64,000 nucleotides of DNA from an uncultured Verrucomicrobiae bacterium (GCA_963769025.1 CAVYKI010000002.1:256001-320000); one strand, 5' to 3'; positions 1 to 13,170 are shown, counted from the stretch's first letter. Notes: generated by a model not told the origin, from the sequence alone. A program made the numbers and translations.

Positions 1-1743
1 CTCGCGGAGGAGGTGCGGAAGCGGACGGACTTCGAAGGTGGCAAGACGATGGGGCGCATCTGGCGTGTGACGGCAAAGGATGCGCGGTGGGAGCCGGAAA
101 AGTTCCCGCGCGTGCGGTTCGGAACCTCGGCGTGGCTGGACGACGCAGTGGCCATCGTCGCAAACGAGAACGGCTGGGCGCAGCACATGGCATTCCGGCT
201 GATCGCCGAACGACACGACAAGGCCGCGCCGGCTGCGCTGAAGAATGCGCTGGCCGGGGCGAAGGGCCCCGAGAACTACGCCGCGTTGTGCGATCTGCTG
301 GCGATGCATGGAGCGCTCGATCCCAAGACGCGCGCTGCCGCTGCGGAGCACGAGGATGCGGGAGTCCGTGAGCGCGCCTTGATGGCTGTGTCGGCGGCAC
401 CGGATGAAAAGGAACGTCGCATGGCGATGGCAGTGAACCTTGCGTCGGATGCGGATGCGCGCGTCCGTTTTTCCTCAGCGCTGGTGCTCGGGGACAATCC
501 GAATGCCGAAGCGACCGATGCGCTCGCGAAGATCGCCGCGAAGGACACGGAAGATCGCTGGCTGCGCGCGGCGGTGCTGAGCGGCATTGCCGGACGGGAG
601 CAGGATTTCCTCGTCACTTTCCTGAACCAGATCGAAGCCGTGGGACCTGGCGCGCAGGAAGTGCTGCGAGGCGTGGGACGGGGCTTCAAGGACCTCGACG
701 CGCTCAAGCTCGCACTTGGCGCGTCGGATGGCGCGAAGGGGCTCGGCCGGGAACTTTGCGGGCCGGCGATGGCGTCGCTGCTGCTCTCGTTTTCCGAGGG
801 AACCGGCAAGCGGCTTGCGGCATCGGCGACCGAGGAATGGCTGGGGCCCGTGCTTGCCCAGGCGGCGCAGATTGCGACGGACCAGTCTCGCACCGCCTCG
901 CAACGCGAGGTGTATGTGAACCTGCTCGGCCGCATGGACTGGGCGGTGGCGTCCCCGGCTTTGCTGAAACTCGCGACGACCGAGAGCGACGAGGCGCTGC
1001 GCGCAGTGGCCATCCGTGCGCTTTGCAGCTTCGGGCAACCGGAGACGGCGAAGGTGCTGCTGCCTGCCGGCGCTTGGCCGCGTTACACGCCGACGCAGCG
1101 CGAGACGGTCATCGGTGCCCTGCTCGCGCCGGGCACGCACCTCGCGGGAATGCTCGACGCCATCGAGAGCGGTGCGCTGCCGGCGAATGCCATCAGCGCC
1201 ATCCGCCGCGGATTTTTCCAGAAGAGCAAGGACGCGGCGATCCGCGAGCGCGCGGCGAAGCTTTTCGCGGCGGCGGGCGGCGATCGGCAGAAGGCATTTG
1301 AGGACGCGAAGACCGTGCTGACGATGACGGCGAACGCTCCGCATGGACGCGACATTTTCCGCACCGCGTGCGCGGTCTGCCACCGATTGGATCAGGAAGG
1401 TCACGCAGTCGGGCCGGACCTTTTCGACATGCGGCGGCAGACGAAGGAGAACATCCTTTTCCACATCATCGTGCCGGACGCCGAGGTCGCGCCGGCCTTC
1501 ACGCCGTATGTCGTGGAGACGAAGGACGGACGCGTTTTCAGCGGCATCCTTGCGAGCGAGACGCCCACTTCCGTCACTTTGCGCGGCCCGCTGGCGCAGG
1601 AGACGGGCGTGCTGCGGAGCGAGATCGCCAAGCTGGAAGCGGCACCGGGGTCACTGATGCCAAACGGCGTCGAGGCGACGATCAGCAAACAGGATCTCGC
1701 CGATCTGCTCGCGTATCTGCGGGGCGAAGCGCCGGGCAAATAG
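1..1743 (+). CDS. PVC-type heme-binding CxxCH / HEAT-repeat protein (membrane-bound dehydrogenase family), 5' end outside window
   Basis: Frame is open from the window edge. GRIWRV end of a dehydrogenase-type propeller, HEAT-like repeats (DADARVRFSSALVLG, DRWLRAAVLS), and a C-terminal cytochrome c (GRDIF..CAVCH..VGPDL..SLMPNG..DLLAYL). Confidence 0.85.
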   Translation, partial: LAEEVRKRTDFEGGKTMGRIWRVTAKDARWEPEKFPRVRFGTSAWLDDAVAIVANENGWAQHMAFRLIAERHDKAAPAALKNALAGAKGPENYAALCDLLAMHGALDPKTRAAAAEHEDAGVRERALMAVSAAPDEKERRMAMAVNLASDADARVRFSSALVLGDNPNAEATDALAKIAAKDTEDRWLRAAVLSGIAGREQDFLVTFLNQIEAVGPGAQEVLRGVGRGFKDLDALKLALGASDGAKGLGRELCGPAMASLLLSFSEGTGKRLAASATEEWLGPVLAQAAQIATDQSRTASQREVYVNLLGRMDWAVASPALLKLATTESDEALRAVAIRALCSFGQPETAKVLLPAGAWPRYTPTQRETVIGALLAPGTHLAGMLDAIESGALPANAISAIRRGFFQKSKDAAIRERAAKLFAAAGGDRQKAFEDAKTVLTMTANAPHGRDIFRTACAVCHRLDQEGHAVGPDLFDMRRQTKENILFHIIVPDAEVAPAFTPYVVETKDGRVFSGILASETPTSVTLRGPLAQETGVLRSEIAKLEAAPGSLMPNGVEATISKQDLADLLAYLRGEAPGK

Positions 1744-1796
1744 CTGGCTTCCCGCCGCCGCCTCTCGCTAAACCACAACTGTCCCACTTCCTTACC

Positions 1797-2843
1797 ATGA
1801 GCAAAAAATACAACGTCGCCGTCATCGGCTATGGCTGGGCCGCCACGGCACACATCGCCGCCATCAATGCCAGTTCGCAGGCCCAGGTCACAGCCGTCTG
1901 GAGTTCGCGCAAGCTGGACTCCGCGGCGCTTTCCGCGAAGCACGGCTCGCCGATCACGGCCTACACCGATCTCGCAAAGATGCTCGCGAGCAAGAACGTG
2001 CATGTCGTGGACATCACGAGCTACCCGGACCAACACGCGCAGCAGTTCATCGCTGCGGCCAAGGCGGGCAAGCACATCATTGTCGAGAAGCCGCTGGCGA
2101 TCGAGTGGAACGACATCCTCGCGATGAAGGTCGCCGCCAAGTCCTCCGGCTCAAAGGTGTGCGTCTGTTTCGAGTGCCGCTACTCCTCGCAGTTCCTCGC
2201 GACGAAGGCGGTCATCGATGAAAAACTCATCGGCAAGCTCCACTACGGCGAAGTGGACTACTACCACGGCATCGGCCCCTGGTACGGCCAGTATCGATGG
2301 AACACGAAGAAGAAGCTCGGAGGCAGCGCGCTGCTCACCGCCGGCTGTCATGCGCTCGATGCGCTCCTGCTTTGCATGGGAGGCGACGTCACGGAGGTCA
2401 GCAGTTTTTCCTCGCAGAGCAGCAATCCCGTCTTCGCGGCCTATGAATACCCGACGACTTCCACGAGCATCCTGCGTTTCAAAAATGGAGCGGTCGGCAA
2501 ATGCGCGGCGGTGGTGGACTGCCTGCAGCCGTATTACTTTCACACGCACCTCGTCGGCAGTGAGGGGAGCATCCTCGACAACAAATTCCACAGCCAGAAA
2601 CTCGGCGGGCTGAACAAGCACTCATGGTCGCAGCTTTCGATGAAGATGCTCGATTCCGGCGATGTGAGCGACCACCCGTACCAGACGCAGTTCCAGGCGT
2701 TCTTCGACGCGCTCGATGCCGGAAAGGACATGCCGCTGACGAGCTTTGCGGACGCCTACCGTTCGCACCGCGTCATTGCGGCGGCGGACAAAAGTGCGGC
2801 CGAGGGACGCACGGTGAAGCTGAGCGAGATTCCGGAAAAGTAG
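1797..2843 (+). CDS. Gfo/Idh/MocA family oxidoreductase
   Basis: MSKKYNVAVIGYGWAA Rossmann start and GKHIIVEKP motif. Start set at ATG 1797 within the longer ORF. Confidence 0.9.
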   Translation: MSKKYNVAVIGYGWAATAHIAAINASSQAQVTAVWSSRKLDSAALSAKHGSPITAYTDLAKMLASKNVHVVDITSYPDQHAQQFIAAAKAGKHIIVEKPLAIEWNDILAMKVAAKSSGSKVCVCFECRYSSQFLATKAVIDEKLIGKLHYGEVDYYHGIGPWYGQYRWNTKKKLGGSALLTAGCHALDALLLCMGGDVTEVSSFSSQSSNPVFAAYEYPTTSTSILRFKNGAVGKCAAVVDCLQPYYFHTHLVGSEGSILDNKFHSQKLGGLNKHSWSQLSMKMLDSGDVSDHPYQTQFQAFFDALDAGKDMPLTSFADAYRSHRVIAAADKSAAEGRTVKLSEIPEK

Positions 2844-3014
2844 TTCCGTCTCGGAGTCCCGTCGAACGTGGCAATGCCGCTCCGGTCGCGGGGGTGAAGT
2901 GCATCCCCGCGGGCCTCAGGAAGCATCCAAATGCCGCGTCTTGCCCGGACGCGGCTCCGACTCCGCGAGAGAGTCTTTCTTTTTGCCGGGAGGCGACCTA
3001 GGCTCGCCGCAGTT

Positions 3015-5483
3015 GTGATCGAAAAATCCGAGTCCGCCACCGCCGAGCCATCATCCCCGAGGCGCCGGCAAAAAAAGAAGCGAGGCCTGCTTGCACGGCT
3101 GCGCCTGCTGGTGTTGTGCGCCGTGCTGCTCCTGCTGGTCGCGGCTCAGGCCCCGGTGTTTCCGCACGTGGTGCGGGCCGTGTTGAAATTCCGCTCCTGG
3201 CAGAGCGGGGCGACGCTTTCGATGGGAATGGTCGAGGGCAATCTTTTCGAGCCGGTGGTGATCCAAAATTTGCTCTGGACCTACCGTGCGGAGACCGGAG
3301 CCGTGACACGCGTGGAGATCCGGCGTGTGCGTGCGTGGCTGGCGTGGAGCAATGTGTTTCCAGCGCCGGTGGCGGGATGGGTCCGCTCTGGTGCGGAAAG
3401 GATCGGATTTTATCCCATCGGTGCCAACGGGCATTGGTTTCGCGAACTGGAGATGGACGGTGTGACGGCGCGGCTGTCGCTTCCTCGTGGCTTGGATGCG
3501 GAGCCGGGCGCCGAGGCTCCGGTACCCTGGCTGCGCAGGATGGTCGGCGTCTCCGGCGTGCGGCCGGTGATTTACACCGTGCGAAATGCGGACCTGATCC
3601 TCGATCGCTCCGAGGACTGGGTGCGCGTGAGCGGCGCCCATTTCACGATGAGCGAGACCGCGGCGGGTGTGCTGAGGGCCGCGCAGATCGCGATCAAGAC
3701 CGAGTCCGGGCGGCAGAGTTTCACCGGTGTGCGCGGGCGTACTTCGCTCGAAGGTTCGCGGGCGACGATCGCGGGGCTGAAGCTGGCCCCCGACATGACG
3801 TTGCAAAGCCTCAGCGTCTCGCTCGGGGAATTTGCGAAGGGGCGGCTGATGTTTTCCGCGGAGCTCGCGGCGTTTGGCGGAACGATCGAGGCGGAGGCGG
3901 AGACGGCGTTCCAAGACCGGCGGCTGCGGTTCGATGGCAACGGGAATTTTTCAAAAATCAGCGTGGCCGGCCTCGCGAGTTTCCTGGGGCTGAGTGAAGC
4001 CGCCGGCGGTGTGTTGAACTCGGGGCATTTCACTTTCCATGGGACGCCGGGGGATTTTGCAAAGTCCGAGGCTACCGTGCGATTCGAGGCCGGTGCGTTC
4101 CAGTGGGATTCGCGCCAGTGGGATTCGCTCGTGCTCGGGCTGTCGCTTGTGGATCAGCGGCTGCAGATTCCGGAATTCCGCCTGCGGCAGGGAAAGAACC
4201 AACTGACGCTGAACGGGACGATGGCGCTCCCGCAGCCGGGCGTGCGGTGGTGGGATCGGAAGTTTGATTTCAAGGTGGATGCGGACATCCGGAACCTGAC
4301 CGACCTCTCGGCGCTGCTGCTGCCGGAGTTCAAGTTCGCCGCGGGGCAGTTGTTCATCCGTGGTTCCGTGAGCGGGAGCGGAGCGCAACCGGACGCTCCG
4401 GCAAAATTCGAAGGCCAGTTGATCGTGAGCGGCAACCAGATGCAATGGCGCACGGCCCCGATTGACCATGTGAATGCCGCGCTGCTCTTCCACGAACGCG
4501 ATCTGCAAATCGTCAGCGCGCAGATGATGCGTGCGGATGATTTTCTGCGCGGCAGCGGGCGCATCAGCCTCGGCGACGGCAGCTACTCGGGTGAGTGGCG
4601 GCTGTCGGCGCGCGATCTCAGCGCCTACAAGGCGATGCTCACGCCGTACATCCTCCCGGCTCCACTCGGCGGCGGAATCGAGGCGACATGGACGGGGAAG
4701 GGGGGCGGTGTGGCGCATGAGGGAACGTTTGCCGCGAAACTCAGCCGCTTTCACCTGCTCGGCCCGGGAGGCACGCTGCCGCTGGATGCGGAGTTCAACG
4801 GCACCTACCGGCCCGGCGAGGTGCAGTGTGAAAAGTTCCGCCTCGCGGAAGACGGCACCGTCCTCACTGCAGGCATCAGCGTAGGACCGAGCGCCGTGAA
4901 TCTCCGCAATATCCGCGTGCAGCACCACGGGCGTACCGGTCTGCAGGGCGATGCTTTCCTGCCGCTCGACCTCTGGCAACGCTGGCCGGATGTGAATTTC
5001 GAGCACCTGCTGAACGATGAGACCGTGAGCCGGGTGCGCCTGGAAGCGACGAATCTCGACCTGCGCGCGGCCTCCCGGCTCACCGGTGTGGACTGGCCGC
5101 TCGCCGGAAACGTGAACGGCACTCTCAGCGCGGACGGGCCGCTTGCCGCGCTGCGCCTGGCTGGGGCGGTGCAGCTGTTGCAGGGGACCATTCCTCTCGA
5201 CTGGAAGGGCCATGCGGTCCGCGATGTCGCTGCGCGCTTTGTCCTCGAGGGAAATCAGGTCCGGCTCGAGAAGGCTGCGGGGAAGCAGGCGGAGGGTGAT
5301 TTCACCATCGCGGGGAGCCTCGATCTGGCGAAGCCGCGCACTCCGGTGCTGGATGTCACAGGCAGCGGCACAAAAAACGCGCAGCCATTTTCATTCACGG
5401 CGAAAGGCCCGGCGGAAAAGCCGGTGATCACGGCCGTGGAGAATCCGCCGCAACCGGCGCCGCCTATCGGGGCGGAGAAGTGA
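3015..5483 (+). CDS. AsmA/TamB-like envelope beta-taco protein
   Basis: Basic N-terminus plus one TM anchor (LLVLCAVLLLLVAAQ), then about 780 aa of repeated amphipathic beta strands. Start uncertain (GTG 3015). Confidence 0.65.
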   Translation: MIEKSESATAEPSSPRRRQKKKRGLLARLRLLVLCAVLLLLVAAQAPVFPHVVRAVLKFRSWQSGATLSMGMVEGNLFEPVVIQNLLWTYRAETGAVTRVEIRRVRAWLAWSNVFPAPVAGWVRSGAERIGFYPIGANGHWFRELEMDGVTARLSLPRGLDAEPGAEAPVPWLRRMVGVSGVRPVIYTVRNADLILDRSEDWVRVSGAHFTMSETAAGVLRAAQIAIKTESGRQSFTGVRGRTSLEGSRATIAGLKLAPDMTLQSLSVSLGEFAKGRLMFSAELAAFGGTIEAEAETAFQDRRLRFDGNGNFSKISVAGLASFLGLSEAAGGVLNSGHFTFHGTPGDFAKSEATVRFEAGAFQWDSRQWDSLVLGLSLVDQRLQIPEFRLRQGKNQLTLNGTMALPQPGVRWWDRKFDFKVDADIRNLTDLSALLLPEFKFAAGQLFIRGSVSGSGAQPDAPAKFEGQLIVSGNQMQWRTAPIDHVNAALLFHERDLQIVSAQMMRADDFLRGSGRISLGDGSYSGEWRLSARDLSAYKAMLTPYILPAPLGGGIEATWTGKGGGVAHEGTFAAKLSRFHLLGPGGTLPLDAEFNGTYRPGEVQCEKFRLAEDGTVLTAGISVGPSAVNLRNIRVQHHGRTGLQGDAFLPLDLWQRWPDVNFEHLLNDETVSRVRLEATNLDLRAASRLTGVDWPLAGNVNGTLSADGPLAALRLAGAVQLLQGTIPLDWKGHAVRDVAARFVLEGNQVRLEKAAGKQAEGDFTIAGSLDLAKPRTPVLDVTGSGTKNAQPFSFTAKGPAEKPVITAVENPPQPAPPIGAEK

Positions 5484-5490
5484 CGCGCGC

Positions 5491-7494
<2,004 letters not shown>

Positions 7495-7539
7495 TGAAAA
7501 ACGTGAAAGCGCGGCGAGGAAAACACGCGCGCCGCCTTT

Positions 7540-7555
7540 TGCAATCGCCGTTCCG
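7540..7555 (-). promoter_or_regulatory. Candidate sigma54 (-24/-12) promoter upstream of helicase
   Basis: Minus strand CGGAAC-GGCGA-TTGCA, exact GG-N10-GC spacing, about 46 nt upstream of ATG 7494. Confidence 0.35.
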
Positions 7556-7559
7556 ATCT

Positions 7560-8147
7560 TCAGCGCGAAAACTGCGCGGCGAGCTGCGAAATCACTGCGG
7601 GATAGAGCTGGTGCTCGGCGAGCTGGATCCGTGCGTGGAGCGTTTCCGCCGTGTCGCCGGGGAGGACTGGCACCTCGGACTGCGCGATGATTTCCCCGGT
7701 ATCCATGCCGCTGTCCACGTAATGCACGGTGCATCCGGACGTCGTCGCGCGTGCTTCGACTGCCTGCCGCCAGGCTTCGAGTCCTGGAAACGCCGGAAGC
7801 AGGGAAGGGTGGATGTTGATCACGCGCCGGGGAAAGGCGTCGAGCAGCGGGGCTTTGATCATCCGCATGTAGCCGGCGAGGACCACCAGATCCACCCCGG
7901 CCTCGCGCAGCATTTGGACGAGTTGCTGTTCCTGTTCCGGCTCCAGCTTCGTCTTGAAGCGACCCGGCGGGATGTGTGCGGCGGGGATTCCGCGCTCGCG
8001 GGCGAGAGCGAGGATGCCAGCGTCCGGCACGTCGGAGATCACGATGCGGACTCCGGCGTCCAAATCGCCGCGCGCGATGGCGTCGGCGATGGCGCGAAAG
8101 TTAGAGCCTTTGCCGGAACCGAGGACGCCGAGTTTCAGCGCTGCCAT
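7560..8147 (-). CDS. purN: Phosphoribosylglycinamide formyltransferase
   Basis: LGVLGSGKGSNF, VVLAGYMR, INIHPSLLPAFPG, GCTVHYVDSGMDTG. Confidence 0.95.
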   Translation of the reverse strand: MAALKLGVLGSGKGSNFRAIADAIARGDLDAGVRIVISDVPDAGILALARERGIPAAHIPPGRFKTKLEPEQEQQLVQMLREAGVDLVVLAGYMRMIKAPLLDAFPRRVINIHPSLLPAFPGLEAWRQAVEARATTSGCTVHYVDSGMDTGEIIAQSEVPVLPGDTAETLHARIQLAEHQLYPAVISQLAAQFSR

Positions 8148-8614
8148 TTTTCGATGATGCTGGTGGTGGATTTGCCGGGCACGAGCGGGAGGATTCGGAT
8201 TTCCGCGCCTGCTTCCTGCAAGGCGTCGCGCTCGCCGGGATCGAGCGATTCCACGGTATAGTCGCCGCCCTTCGCATAGATCTGCGGGCGGATGGCGCGC
8301 GCCAGTTCCGTGATGCGTTCGGTGTGGAAGACGGTGACGAAGTCCACGCACGCGAGCGCGGCAAGCACCTCGGCGCGGTCGGTTTCGCTGTTGATGGGAC
8401 GCGTCGGGCCCTTGAGCGCGCGCACGCTGGAGTCGCCATTCAGCGCGACGAGCAGGGCGTCTCCGAGCGAGCGCGCCTGCTGGAGATAGCGGACGTGCCC
8501 CGCGTGCAGGAGATCGAAGCAGCCATTGGTGAAGACGAGCCTTTTGCCCGCAGCCGCGAACTGCGCGGAGATCGCGGCGAGTTCGGGGACGGATTTCAGT
8601 TTCTCCAGGCTCAT
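8135..8614 (-). CDS. rfaE2: D-glycero-beta-D-manno-heptose 1-phosphate adenylyltransferase (RfaE domain II)
   Basis: [33 protein letters not shown]. Confidence 0.9.
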   Translation of the reverse strand: MSLEKLKSVPELAAISAQFAAAGKRLVFTNGCFDLLHAGHVRYLQQARSLGDALLVALNGDSSVRALKGPTRPINSETDRAEVLAALACVDFVTVFHTERITELARAIRPQIYAKGGDYTVESLDPGERDALQEAGAEIRILPLVPGKSTTSIIEKWQR

Positions 8615-8699
8615 GCGCTTTGCTTCGCGGAGAATGTCCGGCTGGGCGAGGCGAAAGTTTGTTTGGCAGGGCGGAGCGCCCCGCTACGGTCCCGGCTCC

Positions 8700-9815
8700 A
8701 TGAACGACCCGCGCTTTGATCTCCTTGCCAAGAATCTCGTCTCCTTTTCCACCTCGCTGAAACGCGGCGAGAAGGTGCTGCTCGACATGTTTGACGTGCC
8801 GGACGAGATGACCGTCGCGCTCGTGCGTGCGATCCGGGCGGCCGGCGCGGTGCCGTTTGTTCAGATTCACCACGGGCGGGTGAGCCGCGAGATGGCGCTC
8901 GGTGCGAGCGAGGAGGGGTTGGACGTCGCCACGGGCCTGCAGCTCGCGCAGATGAAGAAGATGGACGCCTACATCGCATTTCGCGGAGGTGCCAACGCCA
9001 CGGAGAGCGCCGACGTTCCAGCGGAGCAGATGAAGCTCGTCGCGAAGAAAATGCGCCCGGTGATCGACTGGCGCGTAAAGAAGACGAAGTGGTGCGTGCT
9101 GCGCTGGCCGAGCCCCAGCATGGCGCAGCTCGCGGGCATGAGCACCGAGGCGTTTGAGGATTTCTATTTCCGCGTCTGCACGCTGGACTACGCGCGGATG
9201 AAGCCCGGCATGAAGGCTCTCTCGCAGCTCATGATGAAAACGGACAAGGTGCATCTCAAGGGGCCGGGAACGGATTTGCATTTCAGCATCAAGGGCATCG
9301 CGGCGATTCCATGCGGCGGGACGCACAACATCCCCGATGGCGAGGTCTTCACCGCACCGGTCCGCAACAGCGTGCAGGGCCACGTGAGCTACAACGCTCC
9401 GACGATTTACCAGGGCACCGCATTCGACAATGTGCGGCTCGGTTTCACGGACGGAAAAATCACCGAGGCGACGTCCAGCAACACGGAAAAGCTGAACGCC
9501 ATCCTCGACAGTGATCCCGGGGCCCGGTTCATCGGTGAGTTTGCGATCGCCTTCAATCCGCATGTCCTCAGCCCGATGCGCGACATCCTGTTCGACGAGA
9601 AAATCGCGGGTTCCTTCCATTTCACGCCAGGCCAATGCTACGAGCAGACGGAGAATGGCAACCGCTCGCAGGTGCATTGGGACCTCGTCTGCATCCAGCG
9701 TCCGGACTGGGGCGGCGGCGAGATTTGGTTCGACGGGAAACTGGTCCGCAAGGACGGGCGGTTCGTCCTGCCCGCGCTGAAGGCACTGAATCCCGAGCGG
9801 CTTCTGGGCAAATAG
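8700..9815 (+). CDS. Aminopeptidase, peptidase M29 (AmpS/AmpT) family
   Basis: [40 protein letters not shown]. Confidence 0.9.
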   Translation: MNDPRFDLLAKNLVSFSTSLKRGEKVLLDMFDVPDEMTVALVRAIRAAGAVPFVQIHHGRVSREMALGASEEGLDVATGLQLAQMKKMDAYIAFRGGANATESADVPAEQMKLVAKKMRPVIDWRVKKTKWCVLRWPSPSMAQLAGMSTEAFEDFYFRVCTLDYARMKPGMKALSQLMMKTDKVHLKGPGTDLHFSIKGIAAIPCGGTHNIPDGEVFTAPVRNSVQGHVSYNAPTIYQGTAFDNVRLGFTDGKITEATSSNTEKLNAILDSDPGARFIGEFAIAFNPHVLSPMRDILFDEKIAGSFHFTPGQCYEQTENGNRSQVHWDLVCIQRPDWGGGEIWFDGKLVRKDGRFVLPALKALNPERLLGK

Positions 9816-10019
9816 CTGGGTGATTTTTCGGCGGATGCCACGACGGCGGACGCGTCAACGCGGCGGCTAATGCCGGCTGTTCTTCCATGGTCCGGGCATC
9901 GCGAGGGTGCGCCCGGTCGGAAGGCAGTGCCGCCGCCAGACCAAAAGCCTTGACGCCCTTCGCCTGAGGCGGCTTCACTCCGCGCGGTCAATCCCCCGGC
10001 AGCACCCGCTTTTTCCCAC

Positions 10020-11150
10020 ATGTCCAAAAAAGATCGCATCAACGTCGCCATCGTCGGCCTCGGATTCGGCGCCGAGTTCATCCCGCTCTACCAGCGGCAT
10101 CCGAATGCGAACATGTATGCCATCTGCCAGCGCGACCCGAAGAAGCTGAATGCGGTGGGCGATGCGTTCGGGATCGCGGTGCGCTACACGGATTTCAAGG
10201 AGCTGCTGAAGGATCCGAAGGTGGACGCGGTGCATATCAATTCGCCGATCCCGGACCACGGCTGGATGAGCGTCGCCGCGCTGAAGGCGGGCAAGCACGT
10301 GAGCTGCACGGTGCCGATGGCGACGAGCATCGCGGACTGCAAGAAGATCGTGGACCTCGTGAAGCAGACCGGCCTGAAGTACACGATGGCCGAGACGGTG
10401 GTGTACGCGCGGGAGTATCTTTTCATGAAGGAGCTGCTCGACAGCGGGAAGCTCGGGAAGCTGCAGTTCGTGCAGGCGAGCCATCAGCAGGACATGGACG
10501 GGTGGCCGAATTATTGGCCCGGCCTTCCGCCGATGTGGTACGCGACGCATTGCGTGGGCCCGGTGTCGGGACTCGTCGGCGCCCCGGCGGAATATGTGTC
10601 GTGCTTCGGCAGCGGGACGATCCGCAAGGAACTTGTGAAGAACTACGGTTCGCCGTTTGCCGTCGAGACGGCGCACATCAAATACAAGGGCACCGACGTG
10701 AGCGCGCGGATCATCCGCAGCCTGTTCGACACGGCGCGGCAGTATCGCGAGAGCATTGACGTTTACGGCAGCAAGGCGTCCGTCGAGTGGCCGCTCATCG
10801 AGCACCAGCCGCTCGTGCTGCACACGGCGAAGCTGCCCGAGCCGAAGATCCCGACGCTCATCAAGACGCCCGACTTTGCGAAGCGTCTGCCGAAGGCGCT
10901 GCAGCCTTTCACCACCGGCGGCGTGTATGGCGGCAAGGGCAAGAAGGGCCACCGCTCTTTCACCCAAGGCGCAGGGCATGGCGGCTCGCATCCGCACCTC
11001 GCGAATGAATTCGTGATGTCGCTCGTCGAGAACCGCGACCCGTTTCCCAATGCGAAGCAGTCCGCAAACTGGACCTGCGTCGGCCTCTGCGCCCACGAGA
11101 GCGCGCTCAAGGGCGGCGCGATCGTGAAGCTCCCGAAGTGGACGCTCTGA
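10020..11150 (+). CDS. Gfo/Idh/MocA family oxidoreductase
   Basis: [22 protein letters not shown] (variant of the EKP motif), GHGGSHPHL. Confidence 0.88.
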   Translation: MSKKDRINVAIVGLGFGAEFIPLYQRHPNANMYAICQRDPKKLNAVGDAFGIAVRYTDFKELLKDPKVDAVHINSPIPDHGWMSVAALKAGKHVSCTVPMATSIADCKKIVDLVKQTGLKYTMAETVVYAREYLFMKELLDSGKLGKLQFVQASHQQDMDGWPNYWPGLPPMWYATHCVGPVSGLVGAPAEYVSCFGSGTIRKELVKNYGSPFAVETAHIKYKGTDVSARIIRSLFDTARQYRESIDVYGSKASVEWPLIEHQPLVLHTAKLPEPKIPTLIKTPDFAKRLPKALQPFTTGGVYGGKGKKGHRSFTQGAGHGGSHPHLANEFVMSLVENRDPFPNAKQSANWTCVGLCAHESALKGGAIVKLPKWTL

Positions 11151-11190
11151 TTTTCCCCGAACAACCACCACACCCACTCCTCACCACATC

Positions 11191-13170
11191 ATGTCAGCAA
11201 AAACTGAAGGCATCGCACCCAACGCCAGCCGGCTCCTCTGGGCCGGATTCATGGCCATCCTCGCCGCCGGCGTCGGCTTCGCCATCCGCGGCGGCATTTT
11301 CGACAACTGGGGAGGCGAGTTCGGCTTCACCGGCGCGCAACTCGGCGCCATCGGCGGCGCCGGCTTCTCCGGCTTCTGCTTCGGCATCATCATCGGCGGC
11401 GTCGATCGTGCGACAAGATCGGCTACGGCAAGCTGGTCATCGTCGCCTTCGCCCTGCCATCTGCTCTCGGCATTCGTCACCTTTGGCGCCACGCACACCG
11501 GCGAACGCCTACAGCTTCCTTTTCTGGGGCATGTTCATCTTCGCGTTCGCCAACGGCACGCTCGAAGCCGTCGCCAATCCGCTCGTCGCCACGCTCTATC
11601 CGAACAATCGCACGCACTACCTGAACATCCTGCACGCGAGCTGGCCCGCGGGCATGATCATCGGCGTCGTGCTCGGCTGGTTCCTCGACGACAAACTGCA
11701 GCTCAACTGGAAGCTCCAGCTCGCGCTCTACCTCGTGCCCACGGTGCTCTACGGCCTCATGTTCATGGGGCAGAAGTTCCCGAAGTCCGAGGCAGCCGGA
11801 AAAGGGCGCCAGCTTTGGGCAGATGTTCAAGGACGTCGGCATCCTCGGCGCCGCTCGTGGTCTGCTTCCTCCTCTCGCAGTTCTTCGCGGGCATCCTCAA
11901 GCTCTGGCCGACCGGCAACGCCGACCTGATCGGCTACGCCATCGGCGGCGTGCTTGCTGATCGTGCGTCGGGCGTCATCACGAAGTTCTCCCTCGGTTCG
12001 GTCCTGCTCTTCGTCCTCTTCGTCACGCACGCGCTGGTCGGTGCGGTGGAACTCGGCACGGACGGCTGGATTCAGAACATCACCGGCAACCTCTTCACCT
12101 CCGAGCAGGGCAAGTCTCTCTTCCTCTGGACCTCCGCGATCATGTTCAGCCTGCGTTTCTGCGCGCACTTCATCGAGAAGACGCTGAAAATCTCGCCGGT
12201 CGGACTGCTCCTGCTGTGCTCCGTGCTCGCGTTCGTCGGCCTGCAGCTCGCCAGCGGGATGAACACCTTCGCCATGGCGCTCGTCGCGCTCGGCATCTAC
12301 GCCGTCGGCAAGACGTTCTTCTGGCCCACCATGCTCGCCGTCGTCGTCGGACCGCTATCCCGCGCACCGGCGCGGTGGCCATGTCGCATCATGGGCGGCA
12401 TCGGCATGCTCTCCGCCGGCCTCATCGGCGGCCCCGGTCTCGGCTACGCGAAGGACCGTTTCGCCGGCGAAAACCTCAAGGAAATCAACGAAGCCGCCTA
12501 CGCGGAATACAAGGCCGAGCAGCCCAGCAAATTCCTGAACATGGAAGCCTCGGCGGCCTACGGTCTCGATGGCAAGAAGCTCGGCGAAGTGCAGTCCACC
12601 CTGCTCACCGCGCGCAAACTGCTGCCCAAGGGCGGGCCGGACACCGAGAACGAGAAGCTCTCCGAAAGCACGAAGAAGGCGGAGGCGGAAATCAAGGCCC
12701 TCGGCGAAAAGGCGCAGAAAATCGCGGCTGACGAAAAGGCCATCGAGACGGAACTGGCGGGCCTGACCGCCAAGGGCGTCCAGGAATGGGATCGCGAATA
12801 CGAAGCCGTCGCGGAACGCGGCATCGCGCTGAACCTGCAGGAGAAGAAGCTCGATGCGGACCGGAAGAAGCTCGAAGAGCAGATCGCGGCGAACGTGAAG
12901 CAGAAGGAACTGCTCCGCACGCTCGAGTCCAAGCTCTCGAAAGCCGGGGTCCTCAAGCCCGAAGGCAATCCGAACCTCGGCGCGGCGCTCGCCGCCCTCA
13001 CTCCCGAGGAGCGCGCCGTCCACAAGGCGAGCATCACGGGCGACCGCAAGACGCTCAAGGCCGACTCCTACATCCCCGCGACCATGGCGCTGATCTACCT
13101 GCTGATTCTCCTGTATTTCAAGAGCATCGGCGGATACCGGGCCGTCCACGTGGACGAACAAAAGGCGTAA
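11191..13170 (+). CDS. MFS transporter (PVC sugar-transporter type) with multiple compensating frameshifts and a long coiled-coil insert
   Basis: TM segments are split over frames: [20 protein letters not shown]; (alt frame) [55 protein letters not shown]. Confidence 0.8.
   Translation: MSAKTEGIAPNASRLLWAGFMAILAAGVGFAIRGGIFDNWGGEFGFTGAQLGAIGGAGFSGFCFGIIIGGVDRATRSATASWSSSPSPCHLLSAFVTFGATHTGERLQLPFLGHVHLRVRQRHARSRRQSARRHALSEQSHALPEHPARELARGHDHRRRARLVPRRQTAAQLEAPARALPRAHGALRPHVHGAEVPEVRGSRKRAPALGRCSRTSASSAPLVVCFLLSQFFAGILKLWPTGNADLIGYAIGGVLADRASGVITKFSLGSVLLFVLFVTHALVGAVELGTDGWIQNITGNLFTSEQGKSLFLWTSAIMFSLRFCAHFIEKTLKISPVGLLLLCSVLAFVGLQLASGMNTFAMALVALGIYAVGKTFFWPTMLAVVVGPLSRAPARWPCRIMGGIGMLSAGLIGGPGLGYAKDRFAGENLKEINEAAYAEYKAEQPSKFLNMEASAAYGLDGKKLGEVQSTLLTARKLLPKGGPDTENEKLSESTKKAEAEIKALGEKAQKIAADEKAIETELAGLTAKGVQEWDREYEAVAERGIALNLQEKKLDADRKKLEEQIAANVKQKELLRTLESKLSKAGVLKPEGNPNLGAALAALTPEERAVHKASITGDRKTLKADSYIPATMALIYLLILLYFKSIGGYRAVHVDEQKA

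Noticed and set aside
7560..9677. 705-aa ORF suggesting a long PurN fusion
   Set aside because: Only the last 195 aa are PurN; the rest overlaps rfaE2 in another frame and the aminopeptidase antisense.
9860..9936. Long imperfect intergenic hairpin as a riboswitch or ncRNA
   Set aside because: No recognisable family motif, short GC-only stems and no U-tract; plausible by chance.
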